This document shows, one piece after another, positions 39,317 through 48,335 of a DNA stretch of 64,000 nucleotides. The notes under the pieces are model-generated. The model was not told where the DNA came from. It saw only the letters and a list, made by a program, of their open reading frames with translations, and ran no database searches. The translations under genes were made by a program, and so were the position numbers. The DNA comes from Acidobacteriota bacterium (GTDB taxonomy: Bacteria; Acidobacteriota; UBA890; WLXD01). Position 1 is the stretch's first letter. Every line of letters starts with the position of its first letter. The stretch spans positions 544,001 through 608,000 of the forward strand of contig CAXWPH010000015.1 of assembly GCA_963666055.2 (NCBI GenBank), given 5' to 3'.

Positions 39317-42001
39317 GTGGGCTTGAACGTGAAGGTGGACAGCTTCGTCGCTGCCCTCTGCCGCGGACTCGTGCGGAGCTTCGCGCTGCTGGCACCGAGC
39401 GCCGAGCGGGCACGATGGCGCAACGAGTGGCTGGCAGAGATCGAGCACTCCCGCCGTCGCGACAGCCGTCCCGCGATGCTGTTCCGCCGCAGCCTGTTGT
39501 CGGGACGTGACGCGCTCGTGCTGCGCGCGCGGCGCGCCGCCCGACACGTGCCTGGCGCTATGCCGCGGGAGAGCGGCAGCGGTATGTTCGACGAGCTTCG
39601 TCAAGATGTCCGATTCGGTTTTCGATCGCTTTGCAGCTCGCCCGGCTTTGCTGCAGTTGCCGTCTTGACGATGGCGCTCGGAATCGGCGCCACGACGACG
39701 ATCTTCAGCCTGGTCAACGGGATTCTTCTGCGTCCACTTCCCTACGAGAATCCCGATCGGCTGGTGGTGGTGTGGCCCGAGAACTGGTTCTCGACCAACC
39801 TCTACCTGGATATCGAGCCCTTCCTCGATTCCTACGATGCCGCGGCTGGTTTCAACAGCCACAACCACACGCTGCTTACCGCCGACGGAGCGGTCCGGGT
39901 CAAGGGACTGCAGGCCACGGCGCGTTTCTTCGACGTCCTCGGAACGCGAATGCAGCTCGGGCGCGGCTTCGAGCCAGGCGAGGACCGTCCTGGCGACGCC
40001 GTCGTGGTGGTCTCTGACAGCTTCTGGCGAACGGATTTGGAGGCCGACCCAGGCACGATCGGTCGAACGGTGCGACTGGACGGACGCGAGCACACCGTCA
40101 TCGGGGTGCTCCCTCCCGAGTATCAGGTGCTGCAGAACGGTGCCTCGCTGGTCACTCCGTGGCCGCTCGACACCGACTCGCCCAGCGCCTCGTCGCAGGA
40201 CATGAAGCTCATCGCCCGCCTCGCTGAGGGCGTCAGCCCGGCGGCCGCGCTCGAGCAGTTACGCGCCTTCGTGACCTACCTGCACGAGCAGTTCAACTGG
40301 CCCGCCGACTACGGGCGCGACGCCACCATCATGCCGCTGCGCGAGTATCTCGTCGGGTACACGCGCCCGATGCTGCTGTTGCTCTTCGGAGCGGTCGGCC
40401 TGACCCTGTTGATTGCTACCGCGAACGTCGCCAACCTGCTGCTGTCGCGGGCATTGACGCGCCAGCGAGAGATAGCGGTCCGGGTTGCTCTCGGGGCTCG
40501 GCGCGGCCGGTTGATGCGGCAGCTGTTGACCGAGTCGTCGTTGCTCGGCCTGCTTGGCATATTGCCCGGACTAGCGCTGGCGTCTGTGGGGCTCAAAGGC
40601 GTGCTCGCCCTGATGCCTGCGGACGCGCCGCGCATCGAGACCGTCGGACTCGATGGCTCGGTGCTCGCGTTCTCGGCGTTCGTTGCCTTGGCCACCGGCT
40701 GGATCGTCGGCATGATCCCGGCACTCCAAGCGTCGGTCTCCGACGTCCGCGCTACGCTGGCGGCCGGCGGCCGCGGCGGCAGCGAGACCGCCTTGCGGCG
40801 GCGCACCCGCACCGCAGTGGTGCTGGCGGAGGTCGCCTTGGCGGTAACCCTGGTCGCCGGCTCGGGGCTGCTCATCCGGAGCTTTCTGCAGGTAACGCGT
40901 GTCGACCCGGGATTCCGCCCTGACGGGTTGATCACCTTCGACCTACGTCCCGAGGAGGGCAGCATCACCTCGGCCGCCGAGGCCACACAGTACTTCGACC
41001 GCGTCCGTGCGAGTCTCGGCGCCGTACCCGGTGTAGCCGCCGTGAGCGAAGTGTGGAAGGTCCCGTTCAGCGAGGATGGCGGGATCAACGCGTTGTACCG
41101 GGCCGACCGCGAGCGCGACCCGGCCGCGGACCCGCCGTTGGGGCGCTGGCGGCCGGTGAGTTACGACTACTTTGCGACGGCGGGCATCCGGCTCATGCGC
41201 GGCCGCCTGTTTACGGCGGCCGACGACGATGCCACCGAGCCGGTTGCGGTGATCTCCGAGACCGCAGCACGCCAGCTCTTCGGCGCCGACGAGCCACTGG
41301 GGGAGCGCCTGCTGACCTCTGTCGAGAGGGAAACACCGGCCCGCGTGGTGGGCATCGTCGGCGACTTACGGCTACGTGGCCTGGACCAGGAAAGCCCGGC
41401 GGTCGTGTACCGTCCCTACGCCCAGTTGCCGGAGCTGCTGGAGCGTTACGGCTTCTACGGCCGCTGGCTCGTGCTGCGGTTCGACGGCCCGGCACCGCCC
41501 GCGCTGGCGGCCACCATTCGCGACCTCGTTGGCGACATCGATCCCACCGTCCTGGTCGCCGGCTACACCACAATGACCGATGCTATCCGGGGGTCACTGT
41601 CGCAGCGGCGAGTAACGATGACACTGCTGGCGCTCTTCGCCGGTGCGGCGCTGCTGCTAGGAGCAATCGGGATCTACGGCGTCCTCGCCTACACGGCGCG
41701 CAGCCGCCGCCGGGAGTTCGGCATCCGCGTCGCTCTTGGCGCCACCCGCGGTCAGATCGTGCGCGCAGTTCTATCCGATGCACTGTCTCTGGCTCTGCTC
41801 GGGTCGGCCATCGGACTCGGGCTGACCATGCTGCTGTCGAGGGCGCTGGAGAGCTTCCTGTACGACGTCAGCGTCTTCGACCCGTGGGTTCTCGCCGCCT
41901 CCGTCGCCACGACGGCCCTGCTTGCGGTGATGTCGGCGCTGCACCCGGCCATGCGCGCCGGACGCGAGGACCCGGCACGCTCTCTATCGGCGGGTGGGTG
42001 A
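39317..42001 (+). CDS. ADOP-type ABC permease with N-terminal extension
   Basis: DVRFGFRSL..TMALGIGATTTIFS..LLIATANVANL..RRREFGIRVALGA; start placed after the PadR stop. Confidence 0.92.
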   Translation: MGLNVKVDSFVAALCRGLVRSFALLAPSAERARWRNEWLAEIEHSRRRDSRPAMLFRRSLLSGRDALVLRARRAARHVPGAMPRESGSGMFDELRQDVRFGFRSLCSSPGFAAVAVLTMALGIGATTTIFSLVNGILLRPLPYENPDRLVVVWPENWFSTNLYLDIEPFLDSYDAAAGFNSHNHTLLTADGAVRVKGLQATARFFDVLGTRMQLGRGFEPGEDRPGDAVVVVSDSFWRTDLEADPGTIGRTVRLDGREHTVIGVLPPEYQVLQNGASLVTPWPLDTDSPSASSQDMKLIARLAEGVSPAAALEQLRAFVTYLHEQFNWPADYGRDATIMPLREYLVGYTRPMLLLLFGAVGLTLLIATANVANLLLSRALTRQREIAVRVALGARRGRLMRQLLTESSLLGLLGILPGLALASVGLKGVLALMPADAPRIETVGLDGSVLAFSAFVALATGWIVGMIPALQASVSDVRATLAAGGRGGSETALRRRTRTAVVLAEVALAVTLVAGSGLLIRSFLQVTRVDPGFRPDGLITFDLRPEEGSITSAAEATQYFDRVRASLGAVPGVAAVSEVWKVPFSEDGGINALYRADRERDPAADPPLGRWRPVSYDYFATAGIRLMRGRLFTAADDDATEPVAVISETAARQLFGADEPLGERLLTSVERETPARVVGIVGDLRLRGLDQESPAVVYRPYAQLPELLERYGFYGRWLVLRFDGPAPPALAATIRDLVGDIDPTVLVAGYTTMTDAIRGSLSQRRVTMTLLALFAGAALLLGAIGIYGVLAYTARSRRREFGIRVALGATRGQIVRAVLSDALSLALLGSAIGLGLTMLLSRALESFLYDVSVFDPWVLAASVATTALLAVMSALHPAMRAGREDPARSLSAGG

Positions 42002-43630
42002 CCGCAACTCCAGCTGTACCGTCGGCCGGAACGCCGGCACAACTCGGTGACGCGTTGCCCGCTCGTAGGAATGGGCCAATCGGATGAGGCTGGGCTCGCT
42101 CCACGCCGTACCGATGAACGAGATGCCCACCGGCAGCCCGAAGACATAACCGGCCGGGACCGTGATGCTGGGGTAGCCGGCCACCGCGCCGGGGCTGGAG
42201 CTGCCGCCCAGGAAATGGTCGCCGGTTACCAGATCGATAGGCCAGGCGGGTCCGTCGGTGGGGGCCACCAGAGCATCAAGATCGTGCTCGCGGAGTACCT
42301 GGTCGATCCCCTCGGGGCCTGCATAGCGCCGGTTGTTGGCGAGCGCGTCGAGGTAGGCCTGGTCGGTTAGCGGCCCCTTGGCCTCGGCCATGTGGAAGAG
42401 CTCCTGGCCGAAGTAGGGCATCTCGCGGTCACGGTTCCGCTCGTTGAATGCGATCAGGTCGGCGAGGCTACGCATCGGTCCGCCGCGGGCGCGCAGGTAC
42501 GCCGCCATGTCGTTCTTGAGCTCGTATAGCAACACTTCGTTCTCGGTGTCGCCATACTTGTCGTTATTGGGGATCTCGGCCGGGTCGACGATCACCGCGC
42601 CGGCCTCGCGCATCGCCTCGATCGCCTCTTCCATGAGCGCATCAACCCGCTCATGGAAACCGAAGAAGCCGCGTACCACACCGACGCGAGCGTCTCGCAG
42701 GCCCCCGGCATCGAGGTACTGCGTGTAATCGGGCTGGCGATGCGGCGCGGAGGGCTCGGTGTCGGGGTCGCGCGGGTCGACGCCGGTCAGCGCACCGAGC
42801 AGTACCGCCGCATCGGCGACGGTGCGCGCCATCGGCCCTGCGGTGTCTTGGCTATGGGCCAACGGGATAATACCGGCGCGGCTCCACAGCCCCAACGTGG
42901 GCTTGATACCGACAATACCGCAGGCGTTCGCTGGACAGACGATCGACCCGTCGGTCTCGGTACCGATGGCGATTGCGCCAAGGCTCGCCGAGACCGCAGC
43001 GCCCGAGCCGGAGCTCGAGCCGCACGGGCTGCGGTCCAGCACATAGGGATTGTGCGTCTGACCGCCCCGGCCACTCCACCCCGAGCTGCTGCGCGTTGAG
43101 CGCATGTTGGCCCACTCGCTGAGGTTGGTCTTGGCGAGCAGCACCGCACCCGCTTCACGTAGCCGTTCAACGATGAACGCGTCGCGCGGCGTTGGCGCGT
43201 CCACCAGCGCCAGCGAGCCCGCCGTGGTGAGCATGCGGGCGCCCGTGTCGATGTTGTCCTTGATTACTATCGGGATGCCGTGCAGCGGTCCGCGCACCCG
43301 CCCGCCGGCGCGCTCCTGGTCGAGCTGGCGAGCGATCGCCAGCGCGTTGGGGTTTACCTCGATGATCGAGTTCAAGCTCGGGCCGGCGCGATCGATCGAC
43401 TCGATGCGGCCCAGGTAGGCCAGCACCAGCTGCTCGGCGGTGAGTCGGCCGGCGGCCATGCGCTCCTGCAGATCGGCGACGGTGACTTCCTCGACGTCCA
43501 CCCTGGCGGCCTGTGTTTGCGCACCATGCTCACCATTCGTCGAGGGTATCGCCCGAACCGACGGCGCTCCTGAAGCCAGGGCCACCGCGGTTCCGGCCAG
43601 CGAGCCGCATAAGAAGTCACGTCGTCGCAT
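41984..43630 (-). CDS. Amidase (amidase signature family), Tat-exported
   Basis: MRRRDFL; IKDNID, KTNLSEWAN, GSSSGS, GTETDGSIVCP. Confidence 0.93.
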   Translation of the reverse strand: MRRRDFLCGSLAGTAVALASGAPSVRAIPSTNGEHGAQTQAARVDVEEVTVADLQERMAAGRLTAEQLVLAYLGRIESIDRAGPSLNSIIEVNPNALAIARQLDQERAGGRVRGPLHGIPIVIKDNIDTGARMLTTAGSLALVDAPTPRDAFIVERLREAGAVLLAKTNLSEWANMRSTRSSSGWSGRGGQTHNPYVLDRSPCGSSSGSGAAVSASLGAIAIGTETDGSIVCPANACGIVGIKPTLGLWSRAGIIPLAHSQDTAGPMARTVADAAVLLGALTGVDPRDPDTEPSAPHRQPDYTQYLDAGGLRDARVGVVRGFFGFHERVDALMEEAIEAMREAGAVIVDPAEIPNNDKYGDTENEVLLYELKNDMAAYLRARGGPMRSLADLIAFNERNRDREMPYFGQELFHMAEAKGPLTDQAYLDALANNRRYAGPEGIDQVLREHDLDALVAPTDGPAWPIDLVTGDHFLGGSSSPGAVAGYPSITVPAGYVFGLPVGISFIGTAWSEPSLIRLAHSYERATRHRVVPAFRPTVQLELRSPTRR

Positions 43631-43712
43631 CTCTATCCTCACGAGGTAATCGGCGCGAATCCGGCGAGCTCTGCCTCGATGGCCACCGCGGCGAGCGAGG
43701 CGAGCGAGGCGA

Positions 43713-44995
43713 CTATAGAGCGGCCTTTCCGCTGGCAAGCTCTCGGACCGCCTCAACGGCGGCGTCGCACTACTCTAGCGAGTTGTAAATGTGCGGGGAC
43801 AGCCGCAGGCCACCGCCTACCACGCCGCTCGATGCGCTGGCGAATCCTCGAGCCTCGTACAGCCACTGGTGGGCAGCGTCTGGGTCCACTCCGTTGAGAT
43901 GGAACGCCACTACCCCACCCGAGAACTCCGGATCCAGCGGCGTGTACAGGGTGACGCCCGAAATCTCGCTCACACCGCGCTTGAGCCTGCCCGCGAGCGC
44001 CTGCAAGCGTGCTTGTACCGTGCTCATGCCGATGCGATTGAACATCTCGAGGCGCTGCCGAAGCCCGCAACGGCGGCATCGTCGCGCTGCCCTAGAGTCT
44101 CGTAGCGCGCCAACCCGGTTGCGTTGGCAAAGCCCGCGCCGACCACCGTGGGCCAGAGCCGCTCCTCGATCCCCGAGCGCACGTAGAGCACGCCAGCCTC
44201 TCGTGGACCGCAGTACCACTTGTGGGCGCTGGCGCTGAAGAAGTCGCAGCCAATGGCGTGCAGATCCAGGTCGAGGGCTCCCCCAGTCTGGGCACCGTCG
44301 ATGAGCACCAGGATGTCGCGCTGGCGGGCCCACGCGCAGATCTCAGCAGCCGGAAACCGGCAGCCGCCCAGGTTGGTGACATGGCTGAATCCGATCAGCC
44401 GGGTGCGCGCCGACGTCGCGGCGATGAGCTCGTCGAAGAGCTGCTCGGGACCGCTCGGTGGTGACCGAAGCGGCACCTCGATGACGCGGAACCCGTGGCG
44501 GTCGGCGCGGTTATGCCAGGCGGCACGATTGCTCGGGTGGTTGTGGGCGCTGAGCACAACCTCGTCCTCGATCTCCAGCTCGACCCCCTGGACGACGAAG
44601 TTGTTGCTCTCGGTGGTGTTCCGGGTGATGACGATCTCGGCGGCATCGACGTGCAGGTTGAGCGCCAGCTGCTCACGAGTGAACTGGCGCGTGGCACGAA
44701 ACTGGGCTCGGTTCTGGAAGGAAGGATCGAGGTCAACAGTGGCGGTGTAAGACTCGAGCGCGGCCCGCGCCGGTGCCGACGCCGGTGCCAGGTTCGCCGT
44801 GTTCATGGGCACCTTGACACCGATGTCGTACGCATCGAGCACATCGAGCCAGTCGTCGTCTCGCTCTGGGTCGCGCGCCTGAGAACGGAGCGCCACAGCC
44901 TTGGAGGCAGCGCGCCGGGCCACGGTCAGAGGGCTGAGCGCCGCCACGCCGCCCAGCGCCGCGAGAAGACCTCTGCGTGTCAGCGGCTCGCGCAT
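43713..44995 (-). pseudogene. Class V PLP aminotransferase (isopenicillin-N-epimerase-like), Tat signal, disrupted
   Basis: LTRRGLL; TRNTTES, DGAQ, SAHKW; 1-nt deletion near 44052 and in-frame TAG at 43770-43772, after which CDAAVEAVRELA continues. Confidence 0.75.
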
Positions 44996-45363
44996 CAGCC
45001 GGTGGCCTGGTCGGTGGTCGGCAACGCGGGGCCCCGCAGGTAGGTCTCTCGGAATTCGAGGATCTTCCGGTAGCGCGTCTCCTGGCTCTCCTTCACGAAA
45101 CCGTGGCCCTCGTCGTCGAACACCACGTATTCCACCGGTACGCTGTTCGCGCGCACCGCCTCGACGATGTGGCAGGTGGCGAGCTCCGCGGCCAGAGTGG
45201 ACACTCCAGGCGTGTAGGCCGAGCCAAGAATCGCAATCGCCAGCGCGGCAGCTATCGATGAACCGGGCAAGGAGTCTCGCGGCGCTGTTGCCGGCGTCGG
45301 GCGGCCAGCGACCTGATTGTTCATGGGTGCCTCGCTCGGGGGTTCTGATCTGAACACCGTCAC
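44995..45363 (-). pseudogene. Internally deleted S9 peptidase relic
   Basis: Signal-like segment joined directly to IVEAVRANSVPVEYVVFDDEGHGFVK (S9 catalytic His region). Confidence 0.6.
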
Positions 45364-45578
45364 AGCCTAGTGCGAACCGGTCGGCCATACCGCTGGCGCC
45401 TCGGGCCGAGCCCGTTGCGACATCGGTCGCCGGCCGGCCTCGGGAGTCGAGGTTGGGAAAGCTGTTGCCGAACACCGCCGGGCTGGCACTGCGGCGATCC
45501 TCGAAGCAGATCTGGGCCCCGTCGCGGTCGATCTGGCCGACCGTCATCTGGGCAGCACTTCACGGCGCCGCGAGGCGA

Positions 45579-46853
45579 CTACCGTGCCAGGATCGCTCGA
45601 CTCAAGGCCGCTAACGAAGGCGCGCCGACCAGTTGCATGGAGCGTTGCAGCTCGGCACGGAGCATTTGCAACACCGCGTCGACACCTGCTTCTCCAAAGG
45701 CACCCAAGCCCCAGAGGTAGGGGCGGCCGATGCCTACGGCAGTGGCACCCAGGGCTAGCGCTTTGAGCATGTCCGTGCCGCGTCGGAAGCCGCCGTCGAC
45801 GATGACCGGCACGCGTCCGGCCACCGCCTCGACTACCTCCGGCAGGCTCTCGATGGTGGCCCGGCCGGAGGGCTCATTGCGGCCGCCGTGGTTCGACACC
45901 ACGATCCCGTCGACGCCGTGCTCGATGCATAGCTCGGCGTCTTCGCGCGTCACGATGCCCTTGACGACCAGCCGCATACCGATGGTGTCCTTGATGCGAT
46001 CGACGAAATCCCAGGTGGCGCTCGGATTCCCGACCCCGGTGACGTCGGTCAGATCGAGCCCATCGAACATGGGCTTGCGGCGCACAGAACCGGCGAAACC
46101 CTCGGCTCGAGGCAAGTGGCAGACGCTGCAGTCGCGCGGGTCTTCCTGCGAACCTCTGGCGGAGGTCTCGCGGTTGCCACCTACGGGGTGGTCGACGGTC
46201 AACACGACAACCGGACAGCCGGCGGCCTCGACACGGCGCAGGATCGCCTCGGTGACCGCCCATTTGTTGGTCGGGTAAAGCTGATACCAAACAGGCTCGC
46301 CGCGCGCCTCGTTGACTTCCTCAACCGACGACGTGGTGACGGTGGAGAGCATCTGCAGATGTCCTCGCGCTCGCGCGGCGCGGGCAACCGCGACCTCGCC
46401 GTCCGGATGAAACGCTTTCTGGCTGCCGCATGGCTGGATGACGATCGGCGTCTCCCAGCGCCGGCCAAAGATCTCCGTGGACATGTCTATCTGACTTACG
46501 TCGACGAGGCGCCGGGCACGGAGCTGGAGGCGCGCCAGGGCGTCGCGGTTAGCTTGCAGCGTCACTTCGCCGTCGACGCCGGTAGCCATATAGGCGAAGT
46601 GCGACGGTGGGACGTTCTTGCGCGCCGTGGCCTCGAGGTCGAAGACGTTCACCGCCTGGTCGGGCGAATAGACGACGCGGCCCTGCTCGCTGACGAATTG
46701 GGCGATCTCGGCGGCGATTTCGTCATCGAACCGGGCCGCCGCGGAGTCGGCGAACGGCCACCGGTACAGTCCGGCACCGGCGAGCAGCGGAGTGCCGGCC
46801 AAGTATCGCAAGAAACCGCGCCGTGTCGTCAGGGGTTCCGGGGGACGAGTCAT
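45579..46853 (-). CDS. FMN-dependent alpha-hydroxy-acid oxidase/dehydrogenase, Tat signal
   Basis: TTRRGFL; WYQLY, LTVD, VKGI, SNHGGR, DGGFRRGTD, GRPYLWG. Confidence 0.92.
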   Translation of the reverse strand: MTRPPEPLTTRRGFLRYLAGTPLLAGAGLYRWPFADSAAARFDDEIAAEIAQFVSEQGRVVYSPDQAVNVFDLEATARKNVPPSHFAYMATGVDGEVTLQANRDALARLQLRARRLVDVSQIDMSTEIFGRRWETPIVIQPCGSQKAFHPDGEVAVARAARARGHLQMLSTVTTSSVEEVNEARGEPVWYQLYPTNKWAVTEAILRRVEAAGCPVVVLTVDHPVGGNRETSARGSQEDPRDCSVCHLPRAEGFAGSVRRKPMFDGLDLTDVTGVGNPSATWDFVDRIKDTIGMRLVVKGIVTREDAELCIEHGVDGIVVSNHGGRNEPSGRATIESLPEVVEAVAGRVPVIVDGGFRRGTDMLKALALGATAVGIGRPYLWGLGAFGEAGVDAVLQMLRAELQRSMQLVGAPSLAALSRAILAR

Positions 46854-47081
46854 TGGTCCTCCTAGCGTCGGTCCTTCTGGTGGATCACGCACCTCACCAC
46901 AACAGCCGCCCAACTTCAACGAGTCGCCGCGAGGTGCGGTCGGTCGTTCGCCACCGACACACCGTAGCGATGGAGCAAGTACCATGAAGTGTCGGTTGTT
47001 TTGACGCTAGCCGTTCCGACCGCTACGCTCGCGAAGTCGGACCAGCTACCGGTCCCCTCCCCTCGCCCGGAGCTGCGGCGC

Positions 47082-48059
47082 GTGACCCAGACTGTCGACG
47101 ACTTTCGCCACTCACATGAGTGCGAGCCGCACCACCCTCGCACCAAGGCGATCCTCCTCGACCATCCTGAGGTCCGCGAGCTGATCGGACGCAATCCCTG
47201 GTCCTTCGCGATTATCCTCGGCATCGTCGCAGTCCAGTTCAGCGTCGCCTGGACGTTGCGCGACAGCCCCTGGTGGCTGATCGGAATCGTGGCCTACTGC
47301 TTCGGCGCCTTCGTGAACCACACGAGCTACGTGATGGTGCACGACGCAACCCACGGGCTGATCTTCCGGCCGCGCTGGGCGAACAACCTCGCAGCCATCC
47401 TCTCGGGCGCGGTGAACACCATGCCAACGGCGATGTCGTTCCGGTCATATCACCTCATACACCATTCGCATCAGGGCGTGCACGAAGTGGATGCAGACAT
47501 ACCAAGTTATTGGGAGGCGCGCCTGATCGGCAACTCGTTCTTCCGCAAGCTGATCTGGCTGCTGTTGTACCCGCTGATGCAGTCGCTTCGACCGCTGCGC
47601 ATCAAGCAGCTGACCTTTCTGACGCGATGGACGCTCGCCGATTGGGTGATCGTCTTCTCCATCGATGCGCTGGTGATCTGGGCTTGGGGTCCGCGGGCGT
47701 TTTTGTACTTGCTGGCCTCCCTGTTCTTCGCCGTCGGTCTGCACCCGCTGGGTGCCCGCTGGATCCAGGAGCACTACATGGTCGGATCCGACATCCAGGA
47801 GACCTTCAGCTACTACGGCAAGATGAACTGGTTGGCCTGCAACGTCGGCTATCACACCGAGCACCACGACTTCACTTCGGTGCCGTGGAACCGGTTGCCG
47901 CAGATAACCGCCGTGGCCCCCGAGTACTACAAATCGCTCGTGAGCCACGAATCGTGGGCGCGCCTGATGTGGCGCTTCCTCACCGAGGCCGACCTGTCGC
48001 TCTGGGCGCGCACGGTCCGCGACGGGCGCCATGGCGACGCCGAGGACTGCGCCGGCTGA
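47082..48059 (+). CDS. Sphingolipid delta-4-desaturase-like (DEGS) membrane desaturase
   Basis: EPHHPRTKAILLDHPEVRELIG N-terminal domain; HDATH, HLIHH, NVGYHTEHHDF; GLHPLGARWIQEHY. Confidence 0.85.
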   Translation: MTQTVDDFRHSHECEPHHPRTKAILLDHPEVRELIGRNPWSFAIILGIVAVQFSVAWTLRDSPWWLIGIVAYCFGAFVNHTSYVMVHDATHGLIFRPRWANNLAAILSGAVNTMPTAMSFRSYHLIHHSHQGVHEVDADIPSYWEARLIGNSFFRKLIWLLLYPLMQSLRPLRIKQLTFLTRWTLADWVIVFSIDALVIWAWGPRAFLYLLASLFFAVGLHPLGARWIQEHYMVGSDIQETFSYYGKMNWLACNVGYHTEHHDFTSVPWNRLPQITAVAPEYYKSLVSHESWARLMWRFLTEADLSLWARTVRDGRHGDAEDCAG

Positions 48060-48076
48060 ACCGCCTGAACCGCATG

Positions 48077-48096
48077 CTTCCACCAGGGCCTGCTAG
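48077..48096 (+). repeat. Solo right-end remnant of the MITE TIR
   Basis: CTTCCACCAGGGCCTGCTAG versus copy B end CTTCCACCACGGCCTGCTAG (1 mismatch). Confidence 0.6.
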
Positions 48097-48335
48097 GCGC
48101 ATCTTCGGGGTAAGAAGACGTATCGATATTCCAGGCGCACGATGTCGCTGTACCAGACGGTATCGGTGCAGGCGACCCCCCAACCGGCATAGAAGGAGCC
48201 GCGGCTTCCGGCGCTCCCCATGCGCGCGGCGAGCCATATCGAAGGCGGTGCTACTGAGCAGGGTCTGGCGCCCGACGGCTAGGGACATCAGCCTCGCCGT
48301 AAACGGCTTCGCCAACTAAATCGCAGGGCGAGGAT

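Noticed and set aside
43688-43712. Short GGCGAGCGA tandem repeat
   Set aside because: About 2.5 units of GC-rich sequence with no functional evidence
43770-43772. In-frame TAG as possible pyrrolysine or readthrough
   Set aside because: Not a catalytic position, the same gene has a frameshift, and no pyl genes are seen; nonsense mutation or error is simpler
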